From positions 1,860,001-1,924,000 of the forward strand of contig JAGIQG010000043.1 of NCBI GenBank assembly GCA_024679065.1: 64,000 bases of DNA, in the 5' to 3' direction. The DNA comes from Sphyrna mokarran (lineage: Eukaryota). Shown one piece after another: positions 51,713 through 64,000 of the stretch; positions within the stretch are counted from its first letter, which is position 1, and every line of letters begins with the position of its first letter. Below the pieces are notes generated by a model that searched no databases, was not told where the DNA came from, and saw only the letters and a program-made list of their open reading frames with translations. Position numbers and translations under genes: made by a program.

Positions 51713-53257
51713 TTTTGGGAGACTGTCATACGACAGTTGATCCAATAAGAATATTGAAACAGCAAATTCAATGTTCTAATTTCTCTACAAGGCCCTGTAG
51801 CCATTATTCCGCCGGGGAACGTTCAAAAAAATGAGGAGGAACAGAGCTTGGAGCTTCATCCACACATCTTAAGGTGAAGGCCCTGTTTGAACGAATTCGT
51901 GCCACAACAGGTTTGGGAGGTGAACAATTTGAGCGCTCCTGCCGGAAATGCTCTGCAAAAAAAGCTATGACTTTTAAAGTCAAGGAAAATAGTCGTGAGA
52001 TTTTCAGCACAGAGCGGGGCTTGGCAGCAGATAGAGAAAGACAGAGAGGCGTTGGCTGTGGCCACGCTTGCATGGTGTTACCTTAAGACAGACGCGTCGC
52101 TCACAGCCCTTTCAGGGCCTATGCAAAAGCAGCAATCGCTAGTTGAGATTCTGACCACGTTGAGACAGAAAGTTGTCCGAGACTACAGCGCAATGTGGTT
52201 TTTCGTTTGTTTACAGTTGAGGTGCTACACCTATCCAACTGCCTCTGGAGATCAGAAGCTGAGACACAATGTAAAACCGCAGACAGTTGGGCATTCGAGA
52301 TAGATGTAGCAGCACAGAGAAACTGCTGGTTTATAATTAAGCCATATTACAGGAAACTATTCAAAAGAATATTTGTCACAATTTGGAAGCATTGCTACTG
52401 TTGATTACAATTTGCAGAAACCCCCTCTGATTCACAACAGACGCACTCATTTCATCTGCAGGTCAGAGGAACTGCAGTTTTTACATTCTATGCTTGAGGA
52501 GCAAATCCCTAAGATTTCCAACACAATTTCAATCAAATTACATATAATTCATAGAATATTTTCACTTCTCTTTTTTCGGCAGGAATCATGTGCAATCTCT
52601 TTAAAGAATGAATTAGATTGAACACAATTACATTACAGCATGCTGGCACATCTGTTAGCAGTGCTGCCCCACAGCGCCTGGGATCTGGCTTCGATTCCTG
52701 CCTTGGGTCACTGACTGCTGGAGTCTGAATGTTCTCCTCATGTCTGCGCAGGCTTCCTCTGAGTGCTCGGTTTTCCTCTCACGGACTGAAAATGTGCAGT
52801 TCTCGTGGATTGGTCCTATTAAATTGCCTCTTCGTGTCCAAGGACGCATCGTTTAGTCTGATTAGCTATGTAAATTATCCCTTAGTGTGCAAACATGTGC
52901 AGGGTAGGTGGATTGACCATACCTAATTGCCCTTTAGTGCTTTTCGATGTGCTGGATAGAAGGATTGGTGATGCTAAATTCATAGAATAGGATCATAGAA
53001 CACGTGTAATGTAGATTTCCCCCTTCGTGTCCCGAGGTGCGTAGGTCAAATGGATGTTCCGCAGCTTCTAAGGTAACCTCGTTATTCTGGTATTCCAGTT
53101 AATCTGTCTCTGTCGTCTGGAGGTAGAACTGTCAGTGTTTGTTTATGAACTGGCAAGAATACTGAGTATGATCAGAGACTGCCTACAATGCAGATAGAAG
53201 CACTAATTTACCCAGATCCACATCACCCACCTTATCCCCATAATAACGCACAATAAA

Positions 53258-53812
53258 CTCGACTAATCCACCTAACCTATACATCGTTGGCACTAAGGGG
53301 TAATTTAGCACGGCCAAGCCACCTAACCCGCACATCTTTGGACACTGAGGAGCAATTTAGCATGGCCAATCCACCTAATTTGCACATCTTTAGACATAAA
53401 GGAACAATTTAGCACGGACAATCCACCTAATCAACACATCATTGGACACTAAGGGGCAATTTGGCATGGCTAATCCACCTAACCTGCACATTTCGGACAC
53501 TATTGTGTAATTTAGCATGGCCAAAGCCACCTAATTTGCACATTTTTAGACAGTAAGGGACAATTTAGCACGGCCAATCCACATATTCTGCACATAATTA
53601 GACAACAAGGGGCAATTTGGCATGGCCAATCCACCTAACCTGCACATTTTGGACACTAATGTGCAATTTAGCATGGCCAATCCACCTAATTTACACATCT
53701 TTAGACAGTAAGGGACAATTTAGCAAGGCTAATCCGCCTAATCTACACATATTTAGACACTAAAGGGCAATTTGGCACGGCCAATCCACCCTAACCTGCA
53801 CATCTTTGGACA
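53258..53812. repeat. Tandem array (~10 copies) of the ~52-bp SINE internal unit
   Basis: Repeating ggacactaaggggcaatttagcatggccaatccacctaacctgcacatcttt. Smaller arrays at about 45350-45752, 49790-50062, 15775-16020 and 52790-52980. Confidence 0.9.
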
Positions 53813-54858
53813 TCATCATTTTCGAAAGAACAATGCACTCTGCTCTTGCTAAGGAATTCACATACCGCAAATGAATTGAAATTTAGCTGAAATACAAAAT
53901 ATATCACCACAGAATAAATGCACTGTAACACTCCCTGAAGACATGCTGTCTGTTCATGGCTGTGACGCACAGTCGATGACCACACTGTGTCAAGTGAATG
54001 TGGAATTCACCAGCACACCACACCAAACTTGTGTCAGACTTTCCATTGCACAACCCGTCATAATTTCCACTGTATCTGAAAGAGACAAAGCTCTCTGGGT
54101 TTGAGCTCACGTCAACCTGCAGCCATTAACCCTACAGAAACAAACAGGTCCACAAAACATGTAGAAATAGCACGTAAAGATATCGAAAGAATTATTATAT
54201 ACAAGACTCATTTTATTGCTGTTGCAGGTTTATGGTGAGTAAAAGAGGATAATAACTAACAGGTAGAATAAGTGTTCAGACATTAAAAACTGTGACCCCA
54301 CGTTCGGAAGAAAGGTTCATGCGAGTTTGGTTTGTTTTCATCACATATATGTTCAGTAAAGGTTCAGTAATACCCTTCAGGGAAGGACATTTCTCTTCCT
54401 TGTTTGGTTTGCCTGACATGTGGACTCCAGAGCCACAGTAATCTGATTTGGCTTGTACCGGTGTCTGTGGGAGTTTGCACATTCTGCCCGTGCTTACGTG
54501 GGTTTTTTCTGGGTGCTCGGTTTCCTCCCACACCCCAAAAACATGCTCTTTGGTTAATTGGTGTTAACAAATTGTCCCTAAATTAGATCTTCCTTAATCT
54601 GGTGCGCATAAATTCTCTAAATTTGCACACTTTTTTTTGTAGAGTCGAAGAATCGTAGACAAAAGTCATGAGTAGAAGAAGATCGGAATGAGGCACTGAC
54701 TGAATGTTAAAATGGCGGCGCGGGCTTGAAGGGCCGAAAGGCCTGTTTCCTGTGCTGAATGGTTCTTCGTTCTTTGATCTTTGATTTCGAACGGCCCTCC
54801 AAAAGCAATGATGGGCAATAAATGCTGGCCCAAACAGCAGCGTCCATGTCTCAAAAGA

Positions 54859-55505
54859 GGGTGGGTGGGGATATGGAACGCGTTGCCAAATAAAGTTGTG
54901 GAAGCAGGCACTCTGAAGTTCTTTAAGAGAAACTTAGATGGGCACATGAACAGAATGGGAATGGAGCGATATAGAAAACTGATTTAAAATAGGGATTACG
55001 AGCCTTGGGATTCCCTGGGAAATGTGTAAATAGTCGATATATTGATGTACTTGTTTTTATCCTATAGTTACTTTCGTCCGCCTTGTTTCTAACAAGGGGC
55101 ATACACGCGGTGGGTCGTGAGAGGGCTGCTCTTGGATTTTTTGCGAGAGTATGCTAGTGCTTCACGTCGGTAGTGTACGCTTGACCTGGGCCATTTGAAG
55201 GGCAACACGACAGCTCAGTGACTATCGCTGTGCTGTACAGATACATGGATTTGGGCCTGCGTCTGTGGGAGTTTGCACATTGTCCCCGTGCTTGCGTGGG
55301 TTTCCTCCGGGTGCTCCGGTTTCATCCCACATCCCAAGGATATGCTCTTAGGCTGATTGGCAGAACAAATTCTCACTAAATTGTCTCAAATTTGGTTCCA
55401 ATGCATAGATCTATAAACATAGAGAGGGATCGTGGGTAGAAGTGGGAACATCGGGGTGGTGGCACAGGCTCATTGGGCCAAAGGGCCTGTTTCCCATGCT
55501 GTTTT
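54859..55505 (+). mobile_element. CR1 3' end, same composite-UTR subfamily
   Basis: WNALPNKVVEAG...MERYRKLI followed by the same ~520-nt UTR. Confidence 0.88.
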
Positions 55506-58283
55506 GAACCCAACATCCCTGTTGAGGCTGTCCTCATGCATTGGGAGCTTGGCTATGAGTTTGTGCTCGGCGAGTATGCATTTTCTTCTGTCTTGAAGAC
55601 CGCCTTGGAGAACGCTTATCCATCGCTATACCTCTCTCCACACACATTGTCTGTACCTGTACAGACTTGATTATCTGTAAAGACTCACCATCCAGCCATT
55701 ATCTTGCAAATGTGTCTTTATCTATGTAGGCTGTGCTTGTGAACCCACCTTCTCGCTCACCTGAGAAAGTAGCAGTGCTTCAAAACCTCCTGATTCCAAA
55801 TAAATCTGCTGTGCATTAACCCGGTATTGTGAAATTTCTTCCTGTTGCCTCGTACAATAATGAAAATTCATTTCAATGACAACATTTTTATCATTGTATT
55901 ATGCAGTTACCAAACTGATAGAATGCAATCTTTATGGAGTTTTGCAATTTTTTTCTGTTTTATAATTCAGATGTCCAAAGCTGTGCAGGTTAGGATGATT
56001 AGCAATGCTAAGAAATTGCCCCTTAGTGTCCAGGGATGCGTAGGTTAGAATATTAGTGGATATAACATGTAGGGATATGGGGGTAGGGCTTGGGTGGGAT
56101 TGTGTTTGGTGCAGAATCGATGGGCCAAAGGGCCTCTTTCTGCACTGTAGGCTTCTATGATTCTATGTTACTAATTCTAAGTTTGTGAAGCTTTACAAGA
56201 AAGATTCCAGTACCGATGAAGGGTTTCTCTGCACCTGGTTAAACTGCATCGGACTCACGTCTGTCTAGTTGTTTAGTCTTCAATCAAGAGAAACAACCAA
56301 ATTTGGTTCAAATAGAACATTTTAGTTTCAGCTATTACGTAAGTTCCATCTCCTAGACAAAATGTGTTGCCGATTTAATGGGTCTCCCATTTGATTGTCC
56401 CATTCTGGTTGATATGAATTTTGATTATATTATAAATATAAATGCTGGAGAAACTCAGCGGCTTTGGCAGATCCGTGGAGACAGAAACGCAGTTTCACAG
56501 ACATTCTCTCCCTCCACCATGACGCTGATTGTATAACAATAATTCACCAATGATCCTTCGACAGCACCTTCCAAACCCACGATCACTGCCTTGTAGAATG
56601 ACAAAAGCAGCTTATGTATGAGAACACCAACATCTGCATGCTCCCCTTCGAACCACTCACCATCCTGTATAATTAAAAGCCGTTGTTGTCAAAAAAAAGT
56701 TGGAAACATATTGGCCGTCACGAGGACAACATCCTGGAATTCTTTCCCTAACGGCCTTTTTGTCAACCCATAGTCGGTGGACTGAAGTCTTTCAAAAAGG
56801 CAGCTCGCTTCATTAGGGCAACTAAGGATGAAAAACGAATTCTGAACATCCAGCGATCCCCATGTCCCAGTAATGAATTAAAAAAGATGAACATTTTAGA
56901 TTCATGTGAGTTGTGCAGAATTTGAACTCTGGTGTTGGGTTCTCTGAAGAACATCTCAGTTTCGCATGAAGATACTGGGGTTAAAAAGGGATACATTGCG
57001 AGAGCACGTTACACAGAGTAATCTTATTCCTTCCAGCAGATAAGATTATGAGATGGTCTATTCGCCGTGTTTAAGTTTGAAAAATAATTTGATGGGTTAA
57101 TGGAGGGAAACTGTTTCCTCTGCCGGGGGCGGAGTCGGGGGTGGGTCCATAACATTGGGTCAGAGCTTTTAAATTACTGCCAGACAGTTTAGGGGTGATG
57201 TCAGAGTGCACTTTCCCAGTGTGCCCTGGTACTCTGGATCACTGTCCCCCAGGAAGATCTGGATGCAGGGATAAATGTCATTTTGTTGGATTATGTTACA
57301 GAACCCAGTGTTCAATTCCCACTCCGACACACGGCAAAAGATAAATACAACACGAAAAATTTGGAATTAAATTCGAATGTATAATTAAAAGCCGTTGTTG
57401 TAAAAAAGCCCGTGTTGAAAAATGACTTGGCAAGTCACTCAGTTAGTTCAAGGGTAAATAAGGACGGCCAATACGGGGGTGACGCCCCCGTCCCATGAAT
57501 GAACTAATTGAAGAAATAGTGAAGTTTATCCCTTGGAAAGAAAACGGCCTCAAGCTTCTAATGTTTGCAATACCGAAATTGTAATTGAAATACATCATCA
57601 CCTCAATGAAACGTCCTTTGAATTTCACTTAAATAATGAACTGTTTATTTTATTCAGAAGGCCAGTGTCATTTACATCCTCAAATGGATCCATTGATGAT
57701 TTTATCTATGCTTCTCGCTATCTCCGAAAAATAGCGAAGTTATTCAGGGACCCCAATTACCCCGGACAAACTCTCTTCCACCTACTTCCGTCAGTAAAAA
57801 AATATACAGAAGTCTGAGATCATATACCAACCAACTTAAGAACAGCTGCTTCCCTGCTGCCAACACACTTTTGAATGAACATACCATTATTAAGTGCTCT
57901 TACTCTACACCTGTGACTGTAACAATACATTCTGCACCCTCTCCTATCCTTCTCCCCTATGTACTCTCTGAAATGCATGTTTTGTCCACAAGAAACAATA
58001 ATTTTCGGTGTATCCCAATCCATGAAACAATAATAAATCAAATCAAACCAAATTAAATCAAGCATTTCGAAAAAAACAATTTTCACCTCCCATGATCTCT
58101 TCATTTCAAAATGCACCATTATTTCCAGGACAACAGGCCTCTGTCACAGTGTTTGTAATGTACATCAACCTCTTCCGACTCACACTCTACCCATCCCCCC
58201 TCAACATGCTCTATTGTTATCTCCCTCCTGTGTTGATCCAATTTCCACCTAAATGAGTATCTGATATTCAACTAATCCAAGCC

Positions 58284-59297
58284 GGTTACAAGTGGTGTAC
58301 CTTCAGGGGTCTGTTTTGGGGCCCCTGCTGTTTGTAATTTTTATAAATGATCTGGATGAGGGTATTGAAGGATGGATTAGTAAATTTGCAGATGACACTA
58401 AAGTCGGTGGAGTGGTAGATAGTGAAGAGGGGTGTTATAGTTTGCAGAGAGACTTGGACAAGTTGCAGAGCTGGGCCGAGAGGTGGCAAATGGAGTTTAA
58501 TGTGGAAAAGTGTGAGGTAATGCACTATGGCAGGAATAATAAATGTGTAGAGTATAGGGCTAATGGTAGGATTCTTAGTAGTCTTGATGAACAGAGGGAT
58601 CTTGGTGTGTATGTGCATAGATCCCTGAAAGTAGGCAGTCAAGTCGAGAAGGTTGTTAAGAAGGCATATGGAGTCTTAGCTTTTATTGGTAGGGGGATTG
58701 AATTTCGGAGCCGCAACGTCATGTTGCAACTGTACAAAACTCTAGTGCGGCCGCACTTGGAGTATTGTGTGCAGTTCTGGTCCCCACATTATAAGAAAGA
58801 TGTGGAGGCATTGGAGAGGGTACAGAGGAGGTTTACCAGGATGTTGCCTGGTATGGAGGGCAGGTCTTATGAGGAGAGGCTGAGGGATTTGAGGTTGTTT
58901 TCGTTAGAAAGGAGGCGGCTAAGAGGGGACCTTATCGAAACATATAAGATGATTAGAGGTTTAGATAGGGTGGACAGTGATAGCCTTTTTCCTAGGATGG
59001 AGAAAGCTAGCACGAGGGGACACAGCTTTAAATTAAGGGGTGATAGTTATAGGATGGATATCAGAGGTAGGTTCTTTACCCAGAGGGTGGTTAGGGAGTG
59101 GAATGCCCTGCCTGCGGCAGTTGTAGATGCGCCAAGTTTGGTGCGTTTAAGAGGTTAGTTGATAAGTTTATGGAAGAGAAGGGAATGGTTTAGTTTGGAG
59201 GGTCATTGCTTTTTTCATAATTGGTCGGCGCAACATCGAAGGCCGAAGGGCCTGTTCTGCGCTGTAATGTTCTAAGTTCTATGTTCTATGTTCTAAG
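58284..59297 (+). mobile_element. 5'-truncated CR1 LINE (second subfamily)
   Basis: ORF 58292-59158 with KFADD and the RT C-terminus; (ttctatg)n tail; absent from the paralogous block near 3190. Confidence 0.93.
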
Positions 59298-60108
59298 CTC
59301 TGTTGTATCGAGTTCCACATTCTATGCTATTTCTGGGAAAGGTATTTCTTTGAACTTAACATTGGACCCATTAGCGAATAACGGGTGCTGGAGTCCAATG
59401 TTCTTGTTCCCCCTCACTTTCTATAACGTATATCCTTTTGAATCTTTCATACCTTCCAAGATCTATTTTAGGTCACCCACCGCTCCCCCCGCCCCCCCCT
59501 TCCCCCCACAGCACAACAGCCCCCCACCTCCCCCCCCCCGCCCACTACCCCACCCCAGTCGAATATTTTGTACTGTGAAGAACAAAGAGCAAAGAATAAC
59601 ATAACACAGCAACACAGCAAGGGAAACAGGCCCTTCGACCCAACGAACCCGCGCTGCCATTTTAACATTGTGAATGCCCTCTTCTACCTATGACCTTTGT
59701 CTACGCCTACTGCACTCCACAAGAAAGGAACCATAACCAGATTGAGGGGCGACTAATTTAGGAACACCTTGCTCATACTCAATTTTAACTAATATCATAA
59801 CATTACATCATTACATTGCTGGTATCAATGTAATGAAATCGTTGCCCACAGTTAAACGTCATCATCACTTCTATACAGATAGCTTGTAATCCAGATTCAA
59901 TGAACACATTTCGACAATTTGGACTCACAAACGCAATGCTTGATTTTGGAATCTTGTTGTAACGTATTGGTTCTTTGGATGTTCTCCTTCCTGCTCAAAC
60001 CCTAATGTAAATTCATAATACATTAAAAAAATACATAAGATAGGAACATGCATGTCGAAGCTATGCAGAAATCAGATAGGACCAAATGTCAGAGTTCCCT
60101 TGACATGG

Positions 60109-63100
60109 CAGCTTGGACCAATACCTGGAACTTCGATGTTGTGGCCATTTCAGAGACGAGGGTAGAGCAGGGACACGAATGGTTGTTGCAGGTTCCGGGG
60201 TTCAAATGCTTCAGTCGGAGTAGAGAAGGAGGTAGAAGGGGGGGGGGAGGAGTGGCATTATTAGTCAAAGACTCTATCACAGTGACAGAAAAGAAGTTTG
60301 ATGAGGACTTGTCTGTTGAGGTAGTAAGGGCTGAGATTAGAAACAGGAGAGGAGAGGTCACCCTGTTGGGAGTCTTTTATAGACCTCCTAAAAGCTCTGG
60401 CGAGGTAGAGGAAAGGATTGCAAAGTCGATCCTGGACAGGAGTGAAAGTAATAGGGTAATTGTTATGGGGACTTTAACTTTACTAATATTGATTGGAATT
60501 GCTATAGCTCTGGTACGTTAGAGGTGTCAGTTCTTGTACAAAGTGTGCAGGAAGGTTTTTTGACTCAGTATGTAGATATGCCAACTAGAGGTGAGGCTAC
60601 ATTGGATTTGGTGCTGGGCAATGAGCCAGACCAGGTGTTTGGCTTGGAAGTTGGTGAACATTTTGGTGATAGTGACCACAATTCGGTTACGTTCACCTTA
60701 GTGATGGATAGTGATAGGCATGAAGCTGGGGGCCAATTATAGCTGGGGGAATGGTAATTATGAGGCCATCAGGAGAGAATTAGGGTGCATAGGTTGGAGG
60801 AGTAAACTACAGGGACTGGGAACATCTGAAATGTGGAGCTTATTCAAGGAGCAGCTGCTGTGAGTCCTTGATAAGTATGTCCCTGTCAGGCAAGGAGGAA
60901 ATGGTCGAATAAGGGAGCCATGGTGTACGAAAAAAGTTAATTCGCTGGTTAAAAGGAAAAAAAAGCTTATGTCAGGATGAGGCTTGAAGGCTCAGTTAGT
61001 GCAATGGATAGCTATAGATTAGCCAGGAGGGAGCTAAAGAGTGAGTTGAGGAGAGCTAAGAGGGGGCACGAGAAGACTTTGGCTGATAGGATTAAGGAGA
61101 ATCCTAAAGCTTTCTTTAGATATGTTAAGAATAGAAGATTGGTTAGGGCAAGATTAGGGCCAGTCATAGACAGCAGTGGGAAGTTGTGCGTGGAGCCTGA
61201 AGAGATTGGAGAGGCACTGAACAAATATTTCTCTTCGGTATTCACGCAGGGAGATGTAAATGTAGTTGTGGAGAACACTGGGATACAGGGTTGCAAACTG
61301 GAAAGTATTGAAGTAGATAAGGAGGATGTGCTAGATATTCTTGAGGGTTTGAAGTTAGATAAGTCCCCTGGGCCGGACGGGATTTACCCTAGGATTCTCT
61401 GGGAGGCAAGAGAGGCGATTGCAGAGCCTCTGGCTCTGATCTTCAGGTCGTCGTTGGTTACGGGTCTAGTTCCGGAAGACTGGAGGATAGCGAATGTGGT
61501 CCCATTGTTCAAGAAGGGGAGAGAGACCTTTCCAGGGAATTATAGGCCGTGAGTCTTATTTCTGTTGTGGGCAAAGTATTGGAGAGAATTATTAGGGATA
61601 GGATTTATAGTTATTTAGAGAGAAATGAATTGATTGGGGATAGTCAGCATGGTTTTGTGAAGGGTAGGTCGTGCCTTACTAACCTTATTGAGTTTTTTGA
61701 ATAAGTGACCAAAGAGGTGGATGGGGGTAAGGCAGTCGATGTGGTATATATGGACTTTAGTAAGGCGTTCGATAAGGTGGCCCATGGAAGGCTTCTGCAG
61801 AAAATGCAGATGTATGGGATAGAGGGGGATTTAGCTAATTGGATTAAGAATTGGCTAGCAGATAGAAGACAGAGGGTGGTGGTTGATGGGAGATATTCAT
61901 CATGGAGTTCGGTTACAAGTGGTGTACCTCAGGGGTCTATTTTGGGGCATCTGCTGTTTGTAATTTTTATAAACGATCTGGATTAGGGCACTGAAGGATG
62001 GATTAGATAGATAGAAGATAGATAGATAGATAGAACAATACAGCACAGAACAGGCCCTTCGGCCTTCGATGTTGTGCCGACCAAAATAAAAAGCAATGCC
62101 CCTCCTAACTAAACCATTCCCTTCTCATCCATATACTTATCAACTAACCTCTTAAACGCCACCAAACTTGGCGCATCTACAACAGCTGCAGGCAGGGCAT
62201 TCCACTCCCTAATCACTCTTTGAGTAAAGAACCTACCTCTGATATCCGTCCTATAACTCATACCCCTTAATTTAAAGTTGTGTCCCCTCGTGCTAGCTTT
62301 TTCCATCCTAGGAAAAAGGCTATCACTGTCCACCCTAAATTAGTAAATTTGCGGATGACACCAAAGTCGGTGGAGTGGTAGATAGTGAAGAGGGGTGTTA
62401 TAATTTGCAGAGAGACTTGGACAAGTTACAGAGCTGGGCCGAGAGGTGGCAAATGGAGTTTAATGTGGAAAAGTGTGAGGTAATGCACTTTGGCAGGAAT
62501 AATAAATGTGTAGAGTATAGGGCTAATGATAGGATTCTTAATAGTGTTGATGAACAAAGGGATCTTGGTGGATATGTGCATAGATCCCTGAAAGTAGGCA
62601 GTCAAGTCGATGAGGCTGTCAAGAAGGCATACAGAGTCTTAGCTTTTATTGGTAGGGGGTTTGATTTTCGGAGCTGCAGCGTCATGTTGCAACTGTGCAA
62701 AACTCGAGTGCGGCCGCACTTGGAGTATTGTGTGCAGTTCTGGTCCCCACGTTATAAGAAAGATTTGGAGGCATTGGAGAGGGTACAGAGGAGGTTTACC
62801 AGGATGTTGCCTGGTATGGAGGGCAGGTCTTATGAAGAGAGGCTGAGGGATTTGATGCTGTTTTCATTCGAAAGAAGGCGGCTAAGAGGAGACCTTATTG
62901 AAACATATAAGATGATTAGAGGTTTAGATAGCGTGGGCAGTGATAGCCTTTTTCCTAGGATGGAGAAAGCTAGCACGAGGAGACACAGCTTTAAATTAAG
63001 GGGTGATAGTTATAGGACGGATATCAGAGGTAGGTTCTTTACCCAGAGGGTGGTTAGGGAGTGGAATGCCCTGCCTGCGGCAGTTGTAGATGCGCCAAGT

Positions 63101-63256
63101 TTGGTGGCGTTTAAGAGGTTAGTTGATAAGTTTATGGAAGAGAAGGGAATGGTTTAGTTTGGAGGGTCATTGCTTTTTTTTCATAATTGTTCGGCGCAAC
63201 ATCGAAGGCCGAAGGGCCTGTTCTGTGCTGTAATGTTCTGTAATCTACGTTCTATG
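60109..63256 (+). mobile_element. CR1 LINE ORF2 (endonuclease + RT), 5'-truncated and degenerate
   Basis: EN fragments 60048-60742 and RT fragments 60977-63157; ATGG duplicated at the ends; empty site gacatggtgcagg at ~3936-3948. Confidence 0.93.
62007..62338 (-). mobile_element. CR1 3' fragment inserted antisense into a CR1 of its own subfamily
   Basis: ORF 62109-62333 is nearly identical to the host C-terminus; (tatc)n tail; ATTAG duplicated at 62002-62006 and 62339-62343. Confidence 0.9.
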
Positions 63257-64000
63257 GTGCAGGTTCCATTAGGCGTTAAGAAAGCCTAGCAGGCGATAAG
63301 CCGTCCTCCTTTGCTCTCTGTTATTGATAACGCAGCCAGAAACGAAATTTGACATGGCAATCCTTTGGGCAGACTCCACCAACGCCCCTGCTTTCTAACG
63401 AGGCAAAGGAAATTCGGCAAGTCCGCTTTGATTCTAATCAAATGTTAATAATGTAGCACAATAAAGCATCCTTTCTGGATGGTTCAGACCTTGGCCTGGC
63501 TCCTGTTCCTACCAAGATCGCAAGGCACTACTATCAAAGATTATGTATTAAGCCCAGTCCAATGCACAAAGTAACATCTTTTCCAAGGAAGCGGAAAACA
63601 CTTTTCCAAGACACTTTCCGCTGATTTGGAAAATCAGCCAGCAGAACCAAAGATCCTTTGTACCCTGGACGTATACTTTTCTACCTCCTTCTGTCGGAAA
63701 AAAAAGATACAAATGTCTGAGATCACCGGCCAAGTTTCTTCCCTGCTGCCGTCAGACTGTTGACCTCTATTATATTAAGTTCATCTTTCTCCGCACCCCA
63801 GCTACGACTGTAACATTACACTGTGCACTTTCCTTTCCTTCTCTATAAACGGTATGCTTTGGCTGCATAGCGTGCAAGAGACAATCCTTTTCACTGTGTA
63901 CAAACATATATGATAGTAATAAATCAAATCAAACATTCAGGCTTTCTTCAAATGAAGCGGAAACTGTTGAAACGATCTTAACTGCGTCATATCCCGGAAA

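Larger units (their letters stand above)
57659..64000 (+). repeat. Segmental duplication copy 2, interrupted by two CR1 insertions; runs off the window end
   Basis: 57659-58283, 59298-60108 and 63257-64000 match 2551-4714 in order. Confidence 0.9.

Noticed and set aside
53258-53812. CRISPR-like periodicity
   Set aside because: No unique spacers, eukaryotic context, and the unit is a SINE internal segment.

Overview
Vertebrate genomic DNA, almost certainly from a cartilaginous fish (shark-type CR1/HER1-like LINEs, V-SINE/HE1-like SINEs, Rex1 and Penelope relics), with two N gaps. Among the repeats are two spliced, minus-strand, tandem immunoglobulin-superfamily receptor genes that I reconstructed exon by exon. 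Both are leader / germline-joined V / antigen-receptor-like C1 / uncharged TM / cytoplasmic tail ending in a single YxxL motif. Gene B (51712-42486, about 318 aa) is intact, with a J-like FGNG motif and an ITSM-like TLYARL. Gene A (19346-10259, about 341 aa if repaired) has an extra V-domain Cys pair, a very basic tail, an ITIM-like PLYASL and a 1-bp frameshift in its C1 exon. Neither has recombination signals, so they look like non-rearranging VJ-C1 antigen-receptor-like genes (PRARP/VJC1/SIRP-like architecture). Both carry a membrane-proximal Cys that could link them as a dimer. A homologous block at 2551-4714 and 57659-64000 brackets the pair, suggesting a tandemly amplified cassette of about 55 kb. 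Also present: a 553-bp near-perfect template-switch inverted duplication, a CR1 subfamily with a captured SINE in its 3' UTR, nested retroelement insertions and Penelope-type hammerhead motifs. All calls are from manual reading; no database search was run.
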